Part shown: piece after piece, positions 10,175 through 20,627 of the stretch
How the letters are laid out: each line of letters opens with the position of its first letter
Numbering within the stretch: position 1 is the first letter of the stretch
NCBI GenBank assembly: GCA_030594645.1
Contig: JAUVEU010000007.1
Coordinates: forward strand, 1,158 to 65,157
DNA: 64,000 bases
Source of the DNA: Candidatus Aegiribacteria sp.
Lineage (GTDB): Bacteria > Fermentibacterota > Fermentibacteria > Fermentibacterales > JCC-6
Reading direction: 5' to 3'
Notes under the pieces: generated by a model
Databases searched by the model: none
What the model saw: the letters and a program-made list of their open reading frames with translations, nothing else
What the model was told of the DNA's origin: nothing
Position numbers and translations under genes: made by a program

Positions 10175-11003
10175 GTGTGTTATTTCCCTGATGAAAAAGA
10201 GGATATTTCCTCGACTCTCTATTAATATAGAAGTTTGTATCTCTGAATCCTTTTTCTATCAACAGTTTTCTTCCGTCAGAGAGCCCATAGAAGATGTATG
10301 GTTCCCGGTGAGTGTCTGATCCGACTGTTATAAGCTGACCTCCCATTTCCTTGTACAGTACAAGAATTTCCGGTGTTGGATATGTGGTATTCTCCTTCCG
10401 GCGCAGACCGGATGTATTCAACTCAAGCGCGATATCTCTGTCAATAATGACTTTAAGAATATGACGTATTGTATCGGTCCACAGCTCCAGTTCGTTGAAA
10501 TCATGCTTCAGACCGGCCAGCGCCAGTCCTCTTCTGAAAAGACCCATATGCGCAAGTATATCCATATCTGCTTCTTCAACCATCTGCAGCGTTTCAAGAT
10601 AGTACTGCTCTACGATTTCAAGATAGTCTTCATCCTCATATACCTCACTGCCCAGAACCATACCGATTCCCGACAGAGAATGAAGAGCTCCGGTTATGAA
10701 ATCATAGTTGGAATAATCAACAATGTTCTTCACCTGTTCCTCGTAAATATGAGGTTCCCCAACCTCAATTCCTTTCAGAACAAGTATTTTGTCGCCCGCT
10801 TCCCTCCTGGCAATATCTATGGATCGATTGTAAATACTTTCATCAAATCCTCCATAGCAGTAATCTTCCGGATTCAGATCCACATGAGCTACAAAACCGA
10901 TTCCAGCAAGATTAATATCCATCCCCCGAACGACCAGTTCACCTGCGGGGATATCGGCATCGGGTGAATCGTCCGTATGTACATGCATGTCAATTAGAAA
11001 CAT
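10167..11003 (-). CDS. PHP-domain phosphatase, histidinol-phosphatase HisJ family
   Basis: DMHVHT, ILAH, ELNTSG and GSDTH metal ligands. Likely start is ATG at 11003. Confidence 0.82.
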   Translation of the reverse strand: MFLIDMHVHTDDSPDADIPAGELVVRGMDINLAGIGFVAHVDLNPEDYCYGGFDESIYNRSIDIARREAGDKILVLKGIEVGEPHIYEEQVKNIVDYSNYDFITGALHSLSGIGMVLGSEVYEDEDYLEIVEQYYLETLQMVEEADMDILAHMGLFRRGLALAGLKHDFNELELWTDTIRHILKVIIDRDIALELNTSGLRRKENTTYPTPEILVLYKEMGGQLITVGSDTHREPYIFYGLSDGRKLLIEKGFRDTNFYINRESRKYPLFHQGNNTPI

Positions 11004-11114
11004 TATCTCTTCCCCTGAATTCCGTACAGATCCGGCATATGTCATTTGCTCACTCTGGTTACTTAATATATATTGATGTTGTTGTGTTTTGTAATCACTG
11101 AAAGGATATGCAGC

Positions 11115-11945
11115 ATGAAATTTGTTTTTGTTCTCTGTCTTCTTGTGTCCTCTCTGGCTTTTTCTCAAGCTGATCACCTTCTTCTTACTGAAATATGTGA
11201 TACACCCACAGGCGGCGAGTTCGTGGAGATCTGCAATCCCACCTCCTCGGCAGTCTCTCTGTCGCTCGTGTATATCACAGATCTCTATGGTGACAATTCC
11301 TGTGTCGAAGATTTCTATCCTCAGATCGCTGTTGGACCGATTGCGTACCAGAGTTCTTACGATTTCCTTGTGAAATTCCCGACTGGCGACGAGATCGCCC
11401 CTGGCCAGGTAATCGTCATCGCCATGAGCGGGTCAGCATTTGAAGTTGAGTACGGTATCCAGGCCGATTACGATATCTGGGGCACAGGCGGCGGTGCGAC
11501 TGTAATGACTGTACCGTCGAACGGTTTCGCCGGCTCATCCGCAGGTCTGACCAACTCGGGCGAGACTGTTACTCTCTTCTCGTACGATGATTATGCTGAC
11601 AGCGCCGATCTCTGTTACGATATCGATTACGCTGTCTGGGGAGACGATGCCGGTGAATTCGTTGACAAGACCGGCATCACCATTAACTCTTCAACCTACC
11701 TTAATGACCTTCCATGGGCCAGCCAGGATGCTATTTATCATACAGGCCATGCTTCTGACTCTACTTTTCAGAGAATAGACACCTGGGAGGGTTTTGAAAC
11801 CCCTACTGGTGGTAATGGGATAACAGGCCACGATGAGACCAGCGAAAATCTCAGCGATACATGGTTTCAGTCAGATCCTACTCCCGGCACGGTCTACACA
11901 GCTCTCGAACGGGAAACCTGGGGATCGATAAAGTCAACTTTCTGA
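11115..11945 (+). CDS. secreted lamin-tail-domain-like protein with C-terminal TWGxIK motif
   Basis: Signal peptide MKFVFVLCLLVSSLAFS; LTD-like LLTEI/EFVEICNP/LTNSGETV/PTPG; ends ALERETWGSIKSTF. Confidence 0.75.
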   Translation: MKFVFVLCLLVSSLAFSQADHLLLTEICDTPTGGEFVEICNPTSSAVSLSLVYITDLYGDNSCVEDFYPQIAVGPIAYQSSYDFLVKFPTGDEIAPGQVIVIAMSGSAFEVEYGIQADYDIWGTGGGATVMTVPSNGFAGSSAGLTNSGETVTLFSYDDYADSADLCYDIDYAVWGDDAGEFVDKTGITINSSTYLNDLPWASQDAIYHTGHASDSTFQRIDTWEGFETPTGGNGITGHDETSENLSDTWFQSDPTPGTVYTALERETWGSIKSTF

Positions 11946-11969
11946 TTTTCGGTTCTTAGACTGCATATC

Positions 11970-12033
11970 ATAACGGGGACACGCACCAGAGCGTGCATGT
12001 CCCCGTTATTCTTTTTGAGCGTGCATGTCCCCG
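11970..12033. repeat. REP-like palindrome GGGGACACGCAC...GTGCATGTCCCC plus a duplicated right arm; probable bidirectional terminator
   Basis: Hairpin ataacggggacacgcac-cagagc-gtgcatgtccccgttat at 11970-12009; right arm repeated at 12017-12033; lies between convergent genes. Confidence 0.7.
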
Positions 12034-12049
12034 CTTATTACTTATTCTG

Positions 12050-12721
12050 TCAGTAGGTTACCGCTAATCCGACCAGTATCATGCCTCTTGCAAGATCGAG
12101 CGGAAAGGAGAACTGGAACATGATGGATTCAGGTATGTATGATCTGTTTGAGTTCTGATCGCTGGAACCTCTTAATTCATAGCTGCATCCGGTCCGTATG
12201 CAGGAAAAGAATGAATTTTGAACCAGGTCCCAGTCATGCCCTCCTTCATCCGTCTTCGGAATATTGGCAAGATCCGGTCCGTATCCTGCGTCACATCCTA
12301 TAAAAACCTCAAGATCACGGTCGAAGCGGTGTCCGGCACAGAGGGAAATTCTCGGCAGCATGACCTGCATGGGGATGACGTAATTCATGGAGAGCAGCGC
12401 AGATACCGCGGTTGGGTTCGAAGGATGCATAAGGTTGTATTTTACGAAGGGGCCAAGTCCATATCCGAACGATGACGCTCCAAGATCAATCCTGTCAGTC
12501 GCGCCTGTGGCAACACTTATTGAAGGGTATATCTGAATGTAGTCTATCCTGCTGTCTTCAGCTTCCCTTTTGGATTCAGCGGAGAAATACGCGGGAAGGG
12601 TGACTCCTCCTGTTACCGTAAGGTGATTCTTCCCAAGTGTGTGCGCTCCCTGCATGGCTCCATAGTAACATGATGAAAGCAATAATGAAAAAAGTATCAG
12701 AACAAGAATCATCTTGATCAT
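12050..12721 (-). CDS. hypothetical lipoprotein (possibly beta-strand-rich outer-membrane type)
   Basis: Lipobox LLLSSC after a hydrophobic leader; ends in an aromatic residue (AVTY). Confidence 0.55.
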   Translation of the reverse strand: MIKMILVLILFSLLLSSCYYGAMQGAHTLGKNHLTVTGGVTLPAYFSAESKREAEDSRIDYIQIYPSISVATGATDRIDLGASSFGYGLGPFVKYNLMHPSNPTAVSALLSMNYVIPMQVMLPRISLCAGHRFDRDLEVFIGCDAGYGPDLANIPKTDEGGHDWDLVQNSFFSCIRTGCSYELRGSSDQNSNRSYIPESIMFQFSFPLDLARGMILVGLAVTY

Positions 12722-12857
12722 ATTGACTCCTTTTATAGTTGATCAAAAGATACATTACCGATAAGAACAGGCAAAGCCTTGAATACAGTGGACTGCGGTG
12801 AATTCTTTTGGTATCTGTATGCTTGTTGAATGTAATATACTGACAGGAAAGGATAAC

Positions 12858-13508
12858 ATGAAAAGAAAAGTTGCGTTTGTACTCAGCGGAAGTGGTGTAA
12901 AGGACGGCACGGAGATTCATGAAGCTGTTTCCGCTCTTATCGCTCTGGACAGAGCCGGTTACGAAATAGTATTCACCGCTCCGGATATTGAGCAGGCAGC
13001 TACTGTTGATCACTGCACGGAAGAACCTGAACGTGAAACCAGAAATGTTCTTGTGGAATCGGCCAGAATAGCCAGGGGGAATATCAAACCTCTTACAGAC
13101 CTCTCGCCTGATGAATACGATGCTGTTGTCTTCCCCGGCGGTTTCGGCGCTGCGCTGACACTCTGCTCATTCGCAAAGGATGGATCTGAATGCTCCGTCA
13201 ATCCGGAAGTCGAAAATCTGATCGATAAAGCTATTGATGCCGGAAAGCCGATTGCGGCAATGTGCATCGCTCCGGTAATCCTCGCAAGAGTAATTCCTGG
13301 AGCAAGACTGACTATCGGTTCTCATCCGGAAACGGCTGCTGCCATTAATTCCATGGGCGCTGTTCATGTGAATTGCCCTGTCAATGACTCCGTTGTGGAC
13401 AGGCAAAGAAAAATTGTCACGACTCCCGCATATATGCTTGCGAGCGGCCCTGCGGAGGTTTTTGAGGGCGCTGTAAGTATGGTTGAGAAACTTGGTGAGC
13501 TTTTCTGA
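12858..13508 (+). CDS. elbB: DJ-1/PfpI family glyoxalase ElbB
   Basis: LSGSGVKDGTEIHEAV, ESARIARG, PGGFGAA, MCIAP and TTPAYM motifs. Start ATG at 12858. Confidence 0.92.
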   Translation: MKRKVAFVLSGSGVKDGTEIHEAVSALIALDRAGYEIVFTAPDIEQAATVDHCTEEPERETRNVLVESARIARGNIKPLTDLSPDEYDAVVFPGGFGAALTLCSFAKDGSECSVNPEVENLIDKAIDAGKPIAAMCIAPVILARVIPGARLTIGSHPETAAAINSMGAVHVNCPVNDSVVDRQRKIVTTPAYMLASGPAEVFEGAVSMVEKLGELF

Positions 13509-13513
13509 AATGC

Positions 13514-13545
13514 GGGGGACACGCACCATAGAGTGCATGTCCCCT
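13514..13545. repeat. second copy of the REP-like GGGGACA...TGTCCCC palindrome
   Basis: gggggacacgcac-cataga-gtgcatgtcccct between convergent elbB and the 13557-14159 gene. Confidence 0.7.
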
Positions 13546-13556
13546 ATTGATGTGTT

Positions 13557-14159
13557 TTAGAATCCAGCCTTGATATCCGCCCAGGTACCGCTTTCAAGAG
13601 ATACCGGACCGGGGGTGTAAATGGTCGCTCCATCAGGAGCGATAATGGTCATATCATCCATCCATCCGGCATCGCCAACAGCTGAATAAATCCTTGCTTC
13701 AATAACAAGACTATGAAGAGAGTCAGCGGTGGATTCCCATGACCATGAAGTTAAGTCCCAGCCTGTTCCGGGTCCGTAATCATCATTGCCGCCGGCTGAT
13801 ACAGAATAGCTGTAGATATCACCCGGATCGGATATCCAGTGAGCCCAGATCCTTATTGATGGTGATCCTCCGGGAGTTGTATCGTAGCGCCAGAATTCAG
13901 CATCCAGTGTATCTCCAACCTGAATCCCTGTAATAAGAGCGATAAATGCCTGGGATGTTCCTTTGGAATCGTTCTCCTCTATGTAAAGAGACTGTGAGCC
14001 CCCGTGCACAGGTTCGGTAGCAATTTGAGCTATTATCCCTTCGGCAGGATACATACCCAGAATGGTCTCGGTTCCTTCCCAGCCGAAGTTCACCGTTTGA
14101 TCAGCGCTTGATATCTGTGAGAAGGCAAAAATCACCAAAAGTGTCAGTACCGTTTTCAT
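13557..14159 (-). CDS. secreted hypothetical protein with C-terminal TWxxIK motif
   Basis: Signal peptide MKTVLTLLVIFAFSQISSA; Trp/Gly-rich beta-type body; ends SLESGTWADIKAGF. Confidence 0.7.
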   Translation of the reverse strand: MKTVLTLLVIFAFSQISSADQTVNFGWEGTETILGMYPAEGIIAQIATEPVHGGSQSLYIEENDSKGTSQAFIALITGIQVGDTLDAEFWRYDTTPGGSPSIRIWAHWISDPGDIYSYSVSAGGNDDYGPGTGWDLTSWSWESTADSLHSLVIEARIYSAVGDAGWMDDMTIIAPDGATIYTPGPVSLESGTWADIKAGF

Positions 14160-14359
14160 TTCTTTCCTTTCATGTTAATTTCTATGCGAATCTCAATACT
14201 TAATTGATAAGCTATCCGGGCAGGAATATCAAGACCAGTTGCTTCGTTATCTGAGTTCCTGAACATTCCATTCGCAATCAATATGACAGCATTGTTAAGG
14301 GAGTATTAACAGAAGAACGAAAATTCAGAACCGTATGGATAGTAAAAATCCGACCTTGT

Positions 14360-14998
14360 TCAAGCTCGGTTTTTCTCCCGTTTTTCCTCCACCATTTCCT
14401 TAACCTTCATAAGCCTTGTCAGATTTCCCCGTTCCATTTCATCCAGTTTCAATCTGACAGACCTTATGGCTTCCACAAGTTCAGGGATAAGCTTGTATTC
14501 AAGAGCGTTGACCCTCCGCCTGGTAGTGTCGATTTCCCTGGCAAGCAGGCTGATAGCTTTTTCCTGCTCCGCGAGTTTTACGATACGGGGCAGTATTCTT
14601 TTGTAAACCTCAAGAGCTTCATCCAGTTCCGCGGGGGTATCAAATATTCCATAATTACGAACATTCCCCTCTATGGATACCTCAAATACGGGTAGAATAA
14701 GGTTCATGATCTTCCTTTTGGAGGTCTGCACCTTCGCTGCCGCTCCGGGATATCGAAGAGCATCGAGAAGACCGGGCTCCGTCATTGATGCTCTCGCGAA
14801 AAGGAACTCGCCGTAAGCAATACTGAGTTCCTTTTCAAGTTCGCTCCTGGCCCCTTCATACTCCTTTATCAGAATTTTGAACTGTCGCATAAGTTCATCA
14901 AGTTTATCCTTCAGAAGTTTATGGCCCCTCCTGGCCAGACCTGCCTTCTTCCGAAATTGGAGGAGCTCCATCCTGGTGGCACGAACCTTTATCGCCAT
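14360..14998 (-). CDS. ntpD: V/A-type ATPase subunit D
   Basis: TRMEL, GHKLLKDK and TRRRVNALEY motifs; operon position. Confidence 0.95.
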   Translation of the reverse strand: MAIKVRATRMELLQFRKKAGLARRGHKLLKDKLDELMRQFKILIKEYEGARSELEKELSIAYGEFLFARASMTEPGLLDALRYPGAAAKVQTSKRKIMNLILPVFEVSIEGNVRNYGIFDTPAELDEALEVYKRILPRIVKLAEQEKAISLLAREIDTTRRRVNALEYKLIPELVEAIRSVRLKLDEMERGNLTRLMKVKEMVEEKREKNRA

Positions 14999-16404
14999 CA
15001 GCTGGCCTCTTCCTTTTTCCCATCGTTCACTGGCCAGTACTTATCAAGCCGTTTGGGATCAATCCGTTTCATTTCCTCCCTTGGAAGAAGCTTCAGAAGT
15101 TCCCAGCCAAGGTCCAGAGTTTCATCAATATCCCTGTTTTCATGGTCTCCCTGGCTGATGTAGCGCTTTTCATATTCCTCAGCGAATCTCAGGTACTTCT
15201 GATCAAGCGGGCTCAATGCGGCCGCGCCAAGGATAACTGCCAGTTCCCTGGCATCTTTTCCGGCGGAGTAGGCTGCCATGAGCTGGTTGAAGAGGTCTGC
15301 GTGGTCACCGCGTGTTTTCCCCTCGCCAATACCTTTATCCTTGAGTCTCGAAAGAGATTCCATAACGTCCATTGGAGGGTAGATGCCCTTCTTGTGAAGT
15401 TCTCTGCTGAGGATCAGCTGACCCTCGGTGATATAGCCGGTAAGATCGGGAATTGGATGAGTTTTGTCGTCTTCCGGCATCGTAAGAATGGGAATCTGTG
15501 TAATCGATCCTTTTCTCCCTTTGATTCTTCCAGCCCGTTCGTAAATCGAAGCAAGATCTGTGTAGAGGTAGCCGGGGTAACCCCGCCTTCCGGGAACTTC
15601 TTTTCTCGCAGCGGCGATCTCTCTTAGAGCATCACAGTAGTTAGTCATATCTGTCATAATAACAAGAATATGCATGTCTTTCTCGTAGGCGAGGTATTCC
15701 GCTGCGGTCAGCGCCATTCTCGGTGTTGAGATACGTTCAATGGCAGGATCATCCGCAAGGTTCATGAAAACAACTGCTCTGTCCATGGCTCCTGTCGAAC
15801 GGAAATCACGGATGAAGTAATCCGCTTCCTCAAATGTGATTCCCATTGCAGCGAATACTACAGCGAAGTTCTCTTCGCTTCCACGCACACGCGCCTGTCG
15901 TGCGATCTGTGCTGCAACAATGGCGTGCGGAAGTCCGTTGCCGCTGAAAATCGGAAGTTTCTGGCCTCTCACCAGCGTATTGATTCCATCAATGGAACTG
16001 AACCCGGTCTGAATGAACTCGGCGGGATAGTCCCTTGCGTAAGGATTGATAGGGGCTCCGTTTATATTCACCATCTTTTCGGGAACTATGGGAGGAGCTG
16101 TATCAAACGGAGCTCTGGGACGTCCCTGGCCATCGAATACTCTGCCAAGCATCTCCTCTGAAACACCAAGCTCGACCTGCTTCCCGAGGAAGCGGACCTT
16201 GCTTCTGGAAATATCCGTACCGCTGCTCCCTTCGAAGAGCTGTACAAGAGCCATTCGGCTGTCTATCTCGAGAACTTTTCCGTGACGGATCTCTCCATTG
16301 GGCAGCTCTATTTCCACCAGCTCTTCGTACGCTACACCCTCAACGCTGTCAACAAGCATCAGAGGGCCGGATATCTCAACGGTCGTTGTGTATTCTCTGA
16401 TCAT
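14998..16404 (-). CDS. ntpB: V/A-type ATPase subunit B
   Basis: [31 protein letters not shown] and [14 protein letters not shown] motifs. Confidence 0.97.
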   Translation of the reverse strand: MIREYTTTVEISGPLMLVDSVEGVAYEELVEIELPNGEIRHGKVLEIDSRMALVQLFEGSSGTDISRSKVRFLGKQVELGVSEEMLGRVFDGQGRPRAPFDTAPPIVPEKMVNINGAPINPYARDYPAEFIQTGFSSIDGINTLVRGQKLPIFSGNGLPHAIVAAQIARQARVRGSEENFAVVFAAMGITFEEADYFIRDFRSTGAMDRAVVFMNLADDPAIERISTPRMALTAAEYLAYEKDMHILVIMTDMTNYCDALREIAAARKEVPGRRGYPGYLYTDLASIYERAGRIKGRKGSITQIPILTMPEDDKTHPIPDLTGYITEGQLILSRELHKKGIYPPMDVMESLSRLKDKGIGEGKTRGDHADLFNQLMAAYSAGKDARELAVILGAAALSPLDQKYLRFAEEYEKRYISQGDHENRDIDETLDLGWELLKLLPREEMKRIDPKRLDKYWPVNDGKKEEAS

Positions 16405-16418
16405 ATCCTTTTGCCCCC

Positions 16419-18188
16419 TCAGGCGGTCTGTTCCTTCTCGATCAAACCGTTGATCTGTAAAGTTACATGTTCTTTGATTGCAGAAATGTCGGAGATACTA
16501 TCCTCATGGATATACCTCATTCTGGTGATTTCCTCTTTCAGAGGCAGGTTGAACAGTTCTCTTGGAGATACGCCGGCAAGCAGCGCCTTTTCCATTTCAC
16601 TGTGACAATGCATTATCACTTCCATCATGGTCTTCTGTTTCGTGATGGATGTATAGGTATCTATTTCATGGAAAGCGTTCTGATGAAGGAAATCCTCCCT
16701 CAGAGATCTTGCCGTGTATAGAATCAGCTGGTCCTCGGGGGAAAGAGATTCGGCTCCGACCAGGCGGGCTATTTCCTGAAGATTCGCCTCCCGTTGAAGC
16801 AGGGCCATGGCTTGCTTCATCATCAGGACCCATTCATCCCCAAGCTCTCTATTGCAGTACTCTTTCAGGTTCTCGGTATAGAGAGAGTAACTGTCAAGCC
16901 ATCCTATAGCGGGGAAGTGTCTTGCATACGCAAGTTTTGCCTCGAGGCTCCAGAATACTTTTACAACTCTGAGTGTTGCCTGTACAACCGGATCCGAAAG
17001 GTCTCCACCGGCAGGGCTGACAGCACCGACAACTGTAAGGGCTCCGTTTCTGTCCCCTCCTATGCATCTCACATTCCCGGCCCGTTCGTAGAACTCCGCT
17101 ATCCGCGTCCCCAGATATGCGGGGTATCCCTCTTCTCCCGGCATTTCTTCGAGTCTTCCGGACATCTCTCTCATCGCTTCTGCCCACCTGCTTGTCGAAT
17201 CAGCCATAAGAGCAACTGAATAACCCATATCCCGGAAATACTCACCGATGGTTATACCGGTGTATACACTTGCCTCCCGCGCGGCAACAGGCATATTGCT
17301 TGTATTCGCCACAAGTACTGTTCTGAGAATCAGTGGTTTACCGCTCTTGGGATCTTCCAGTTCCGGGAATTCCTGAAGAACGTCTGTCATTTCGTTTCCC
17401 CGCTCGCCGCACCCGACGTAAACAACTATTTCCGCGTCAGCCCACTTGGCGAGCTGGTGCTGGATAACTGTTTTTCCACTGCCGAACGGGCCTGGAACAC
17501 AGGCAGTTCCGCCTTTTCCAAGCGGGAAGAAAGCATCAATGACTCTCTGGCCTGTTATAAGAGGTTCCGCGGGAGCTCTTTTCTCAGCTACAGGACGGGG
17601 TTTTCGAACAGGCCAGTTATGGTACATGCAAAGTTCCCTTATTCCCCCGGAGGGTTCTTTAACCCTTGCTATGATAGTATCGATATTGTACTTACCTTCA
17701 TCTATCATCCAGGTTATTTCCCCTTCCACGCCGGGGGGAACCATAACTTTGTGTACAATTACTTCGGTTTCCGGAACTTCTCCCAGTATCTCACCACCGG
17801 AGACCTGCATGCCTGTATTCGCAGCAGGCTTGAAATCCCATTCCTTCTTGTGATCCAGGCCTCTAATGCTGATACCCCTTGTGATCCAGTCTCCCGCTTC
17901 TTCGCGTATCTTGTCCAGTGAGCGCTGGATCCCATCGTATATCGCTGTAAGAAGACCCGGGCCGAGTTCAACCGAAAGGGGCTCTCCTGTAGCTACAACA
18001 GGATCTCCCGGTTTAAGTCCCCCTGTTTCCTCATACACCTGAATAGATGCCCTGTCGCCCTTCAGTTCGATGATCTCGCCTATCAAGGCGTAATCTGATA
18101 CATAGACCAGATCGAACATCCTGGCGTCTTTCATACCGTCCGCGACAACCAGCGGACCTGCTATTTTATCGATTCTTCCCTTTATCAT
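16419..18188 (-). CDS. ntpA: V/A-type ATPase catalytic subunit A
   Basis: Walker [31 protein letters not shown] and DSTSRWAEA. Confidence 0.97.
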   Translation of the reverse strand: MIKGRIDKIAGPLVVADGMKDARMFDLVYVSDYALIGEIIELKGDRASIQVYEETGGLKPGDPVVATGEPLSVELGPGLLTAIYDGIQRSLDKIREEAGDWITRGISIRGLDHKKEWDFKPAANTGMQVSGGEILGEVPETEVIVHKVMVPPGVEGEITWMIDEGKYNIDTIIARVKEPSGGIRELCMYHNWPVRKPRPVAEKRAPAEPLITGQRVIDAFFPLGKGGTACVPGPFGSGKTVIQHQLAKWADAEIVVYVGCGERGNEMTDVLQEFPELEDPKSGKPLILRTVLVANTSNMPVAAREASVYTGITIGEYFRDMGYSVALMADSTSRWAEAMREMSGRLEEMPGEEGYPAYLGTRIAEFYERAGNVRCIGGDRNGALTVVGAVSPAGGDLSDPVVQATLRVVKVFWSLEAKLAYARHFPAIGWLDSYSLYTENLKEYCNRELGDEWVLMMKQAMALLQREANLQEIARLVGAESLSPEDQLILYTARSLREDFLHQNAFHEIDTYTSITKQKTMMEVIMHCHSEMEKALLAGVSPRELFNLPLKEEITRMRYIHEDSISDISAIKEHVTLQINGLIEKEQTA

Positions 18189-18224
18189 CCATCGCCTCCG
18201 GCTGGTTCTACCCGGTCCCTGAGC

Positions 18225-18554
18225 TTACTTCTGTTCATCCGACATCAAATCCACTCCAACAGCCCTGATTATGAGTTCTCTTATAGTATCCTCGCCGCGT
18301 TTCATCGTTCCGGTTATACCCGGAAGAACCACGACAGCCGGAATGGCCATATGTACAACTTCTTCAATCTGCTCCTGCAGACAATCCATCATTTTCTCGG
18401 TAATCATGATAACTGATGTTTTCTGCTTTACTAATTTTTCAAATTGTTTCCTTGCATCATCAGTGTTCTCCGGGACTATCGTTTCCACCCCAAGAGCCCT
18501 GAAGCCAAGAACGCTGTCAGCGTCTCCAATAAATGCTATCTCGCCATGCGACAT
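18225..18554 (-). CDS. ntpG: V/A-type ATPase subunit F
   Basis: IAFIGDADSVLGFRALG...RAVGVD; size and position. Confidence 0.9.
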   Translation of the reverse strand: MSHGEIAFIGDADSVLGFRALGVETIVPENTDDARKQFEKLVKQKTSVIMITEKMMDCLQEQIEEVVHMAIPAVVVLPGITGTMKRGEDTIRELIIRAVGVDLMSDEQK

Positions 18555-18563
18555 ACTGTGCTC

Positions 18564-19538
18564 CTATCCCCTGGGCAGGCGTTCCTGAAGCCTGCCCGAA
18601 TCAACCCCGGCGGTTTTCGCTGCGACCAGAAGCTTGAGATGTTTGATTTCCATCTCCCTTCTAATAACAAACGCTGCCAGCGGGGATGGGCCGAAAACAG
18701 GAAAAGCCCCTTTTTCAAGAAGCTCCAGAAGCTGTCTGTCGCACTCTTTTTCGAAAGCGAAGAAAGATCCGGAATCAAGGGCTTCTGCAAAAGCCCTGGC
18801 AGGTTCTTCAAAACCGGGAGTCTCCGCAATGAGCATGGGAAGTGTCTTCCTCTGATATGCCCCGGTAATTTCCTCTATGGAATGGAATCCGCCTTTAAGC
18901 AGCAGTTCCTGAACTTCCTGCTTTGAAGACCCCGCGGATGCGCACCGGCCGGCGGTAAGGAAATTCTTCTGCTCAAGTCCGGTCATTACGAAATCTCTGA
19001 ATCCGGAGCTTACGCGGGGAAGTTCTTCAAATTCAACTTCTGCCGCAAGACTATCCATAGAACGATCCAGAGCAGGGCCACTGATCCCCTCCGTTTCAAG
19101 AAGCTCCTCCAGGGTCTCTCTGAACAGTACCGGCAGTTCTTCTCTTGCTTCGGCGGTATGTACCGCTTTTTCAAGTATTTCCACAGGTATAAGTCCCGGT
19201 CGCTCAATTTCTATTTCCCCGGGAGATCTCTTACCGGAAAGAAGGTTCTTCCAGATATATCTTGCATTTCTGACATCTCTTCTGTGAAGAAGCCCTCTGA
19301 TCAGCCTGTCGTCTTCCGAAAGCTCTATAAGTTCTTCCTCTGTAACCTCCATTGCATTGATGAAGCAGCCCTCAAGACTATGATGCTGCATGAAACCTCC
19401 ATACCAGGTGTCTCCCAGAAATCGAAGAACTTCTTCTTCATTCTGTGCGGACATGAGCATCTGCCACATCCGTTCATCCAGCAATGTATTTTCCTTGCCG
19501 CTTATTCTTCCATTTGCATATATGAAGCTATCCGGCAT
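18564..19538 (-). CDS. ntpC: V/A-type ATPase subunit C (d/AC39 family)
   Basis: YANGRI..E..LL and GPSPL...RREME motifs; operon position. Confidence 0.85.
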   Translation of the reverse strand: MPDSFIYANGRISGKENTLLDERMWQMLMSAQNEEEVLRFLGDTWYGGFMQHHSLEGCFINAMEVTEEELIELSEDDRLIRGLLHRRDVRNARYIWKNLLSGKRSPGEIEIERPGLIPVEILEKAVHTAEAREELPVLFRETLEELLETEGISGPALDRSMDSLAAEVEFEELPRVSSGFRDFVMTGLEQKNFLTAGRCASAGSSKQEVQELLLKGGFHSIEEITGAYQRKTLPMLIAETPGFEEPARAFAEALDSGSFFAFEKECDRQLLELLEKGAFPVFGPSPLAAFVIRREMEIKHLKLLVAAKTAGVDSGRLQERLPRG

Positions 19539-19541
19539 TTT

Positions 19542-20129
19542 TCAATCCATCTCCAGAGGTATGAACTGCGAAAGCTCCATTACAAGCTTTTCGTGAATCA
19601 GTTCCGCTATCATCGTGAAAGTACCATTCTGGCTTATCCTGCCGGCACTTAATATGATCCCGCCTGTTTCCTTATGCCTGCTCTCCGAAAGAAAGAATTT
19701 TCTTGAAGCTGTGGAGTGTTTCTCCAGAAACTTCGCTGTTATGCGTGATTCGTCCGTAGAAGAAATCAGAACTTCAACTTCTCCTTCAATATCACAGTTG
19801 TCAAGAAGAGATGCTGTCATTTCAAGGTATTTTTTATCGCTTTCGGAGGAAAGATTCTCAACAGCCTTCCGGATTGCTTCATCCATAAGAGTTCTCCGGG
19901 CATTCATCAGTTGTCTGACAGATTCCCTTTGAACGTGGTATTCTTTTCGCTTCTGCATATCCAGAACTTTTGTTTTGATTCTGTCCAGATCCTTTTTGCG
20001 ACTTTCTTTCATCTCTCCGGTCAGTTTTTCCTTTCCTTTTTCCTTTTCTCTTTCCGCTTCCCCGCGGATGATCGCGGCTTCTTTATTCGCGTCCGCCTCT
20101 ATTCTTGAAAGGATTGCTTCGAGAGACAT
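19542..20129 (-). CDS. ntpE: V/A-type ATPase subunit E
   Basis: MSLEAILSRIEADA coiled coil and C-terminal GGIIL...NGTF; position. Confidence 0.85.
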   Translation of the reverse strand: MSLEAILSRIEADANKEAAIIRGEAEREKEKGKEKLTGEMKESRKKDLDRIKTKVLDMQKRKEYHVQRESVRQLMNARRTLMDEAIRKAVENLSSESDKKYLEMTASLLDNCDIEGEVEVLISSTDESRITAKFLEKHSTASRKFFLSESRHKETGGIILSAGRISQNGTFTMIAELIHEKLVMELSQFIPLEMD

Positions 20130-20136
20130 TTTCTGA

Positions 20137-20586
<450 letters not shown>

Positions 20587-20627
20587 TCAATATCTCCTTT
20601 CTCTTTTAACGGAAAGAGTTTTATTTA

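Noticed and set aside
11970-13545. Repeats considered as a CRISPR array
   Set aside because: Only two and a half copies, irregular spacing (1.5 kb apart), no spacer series and no cas genes.
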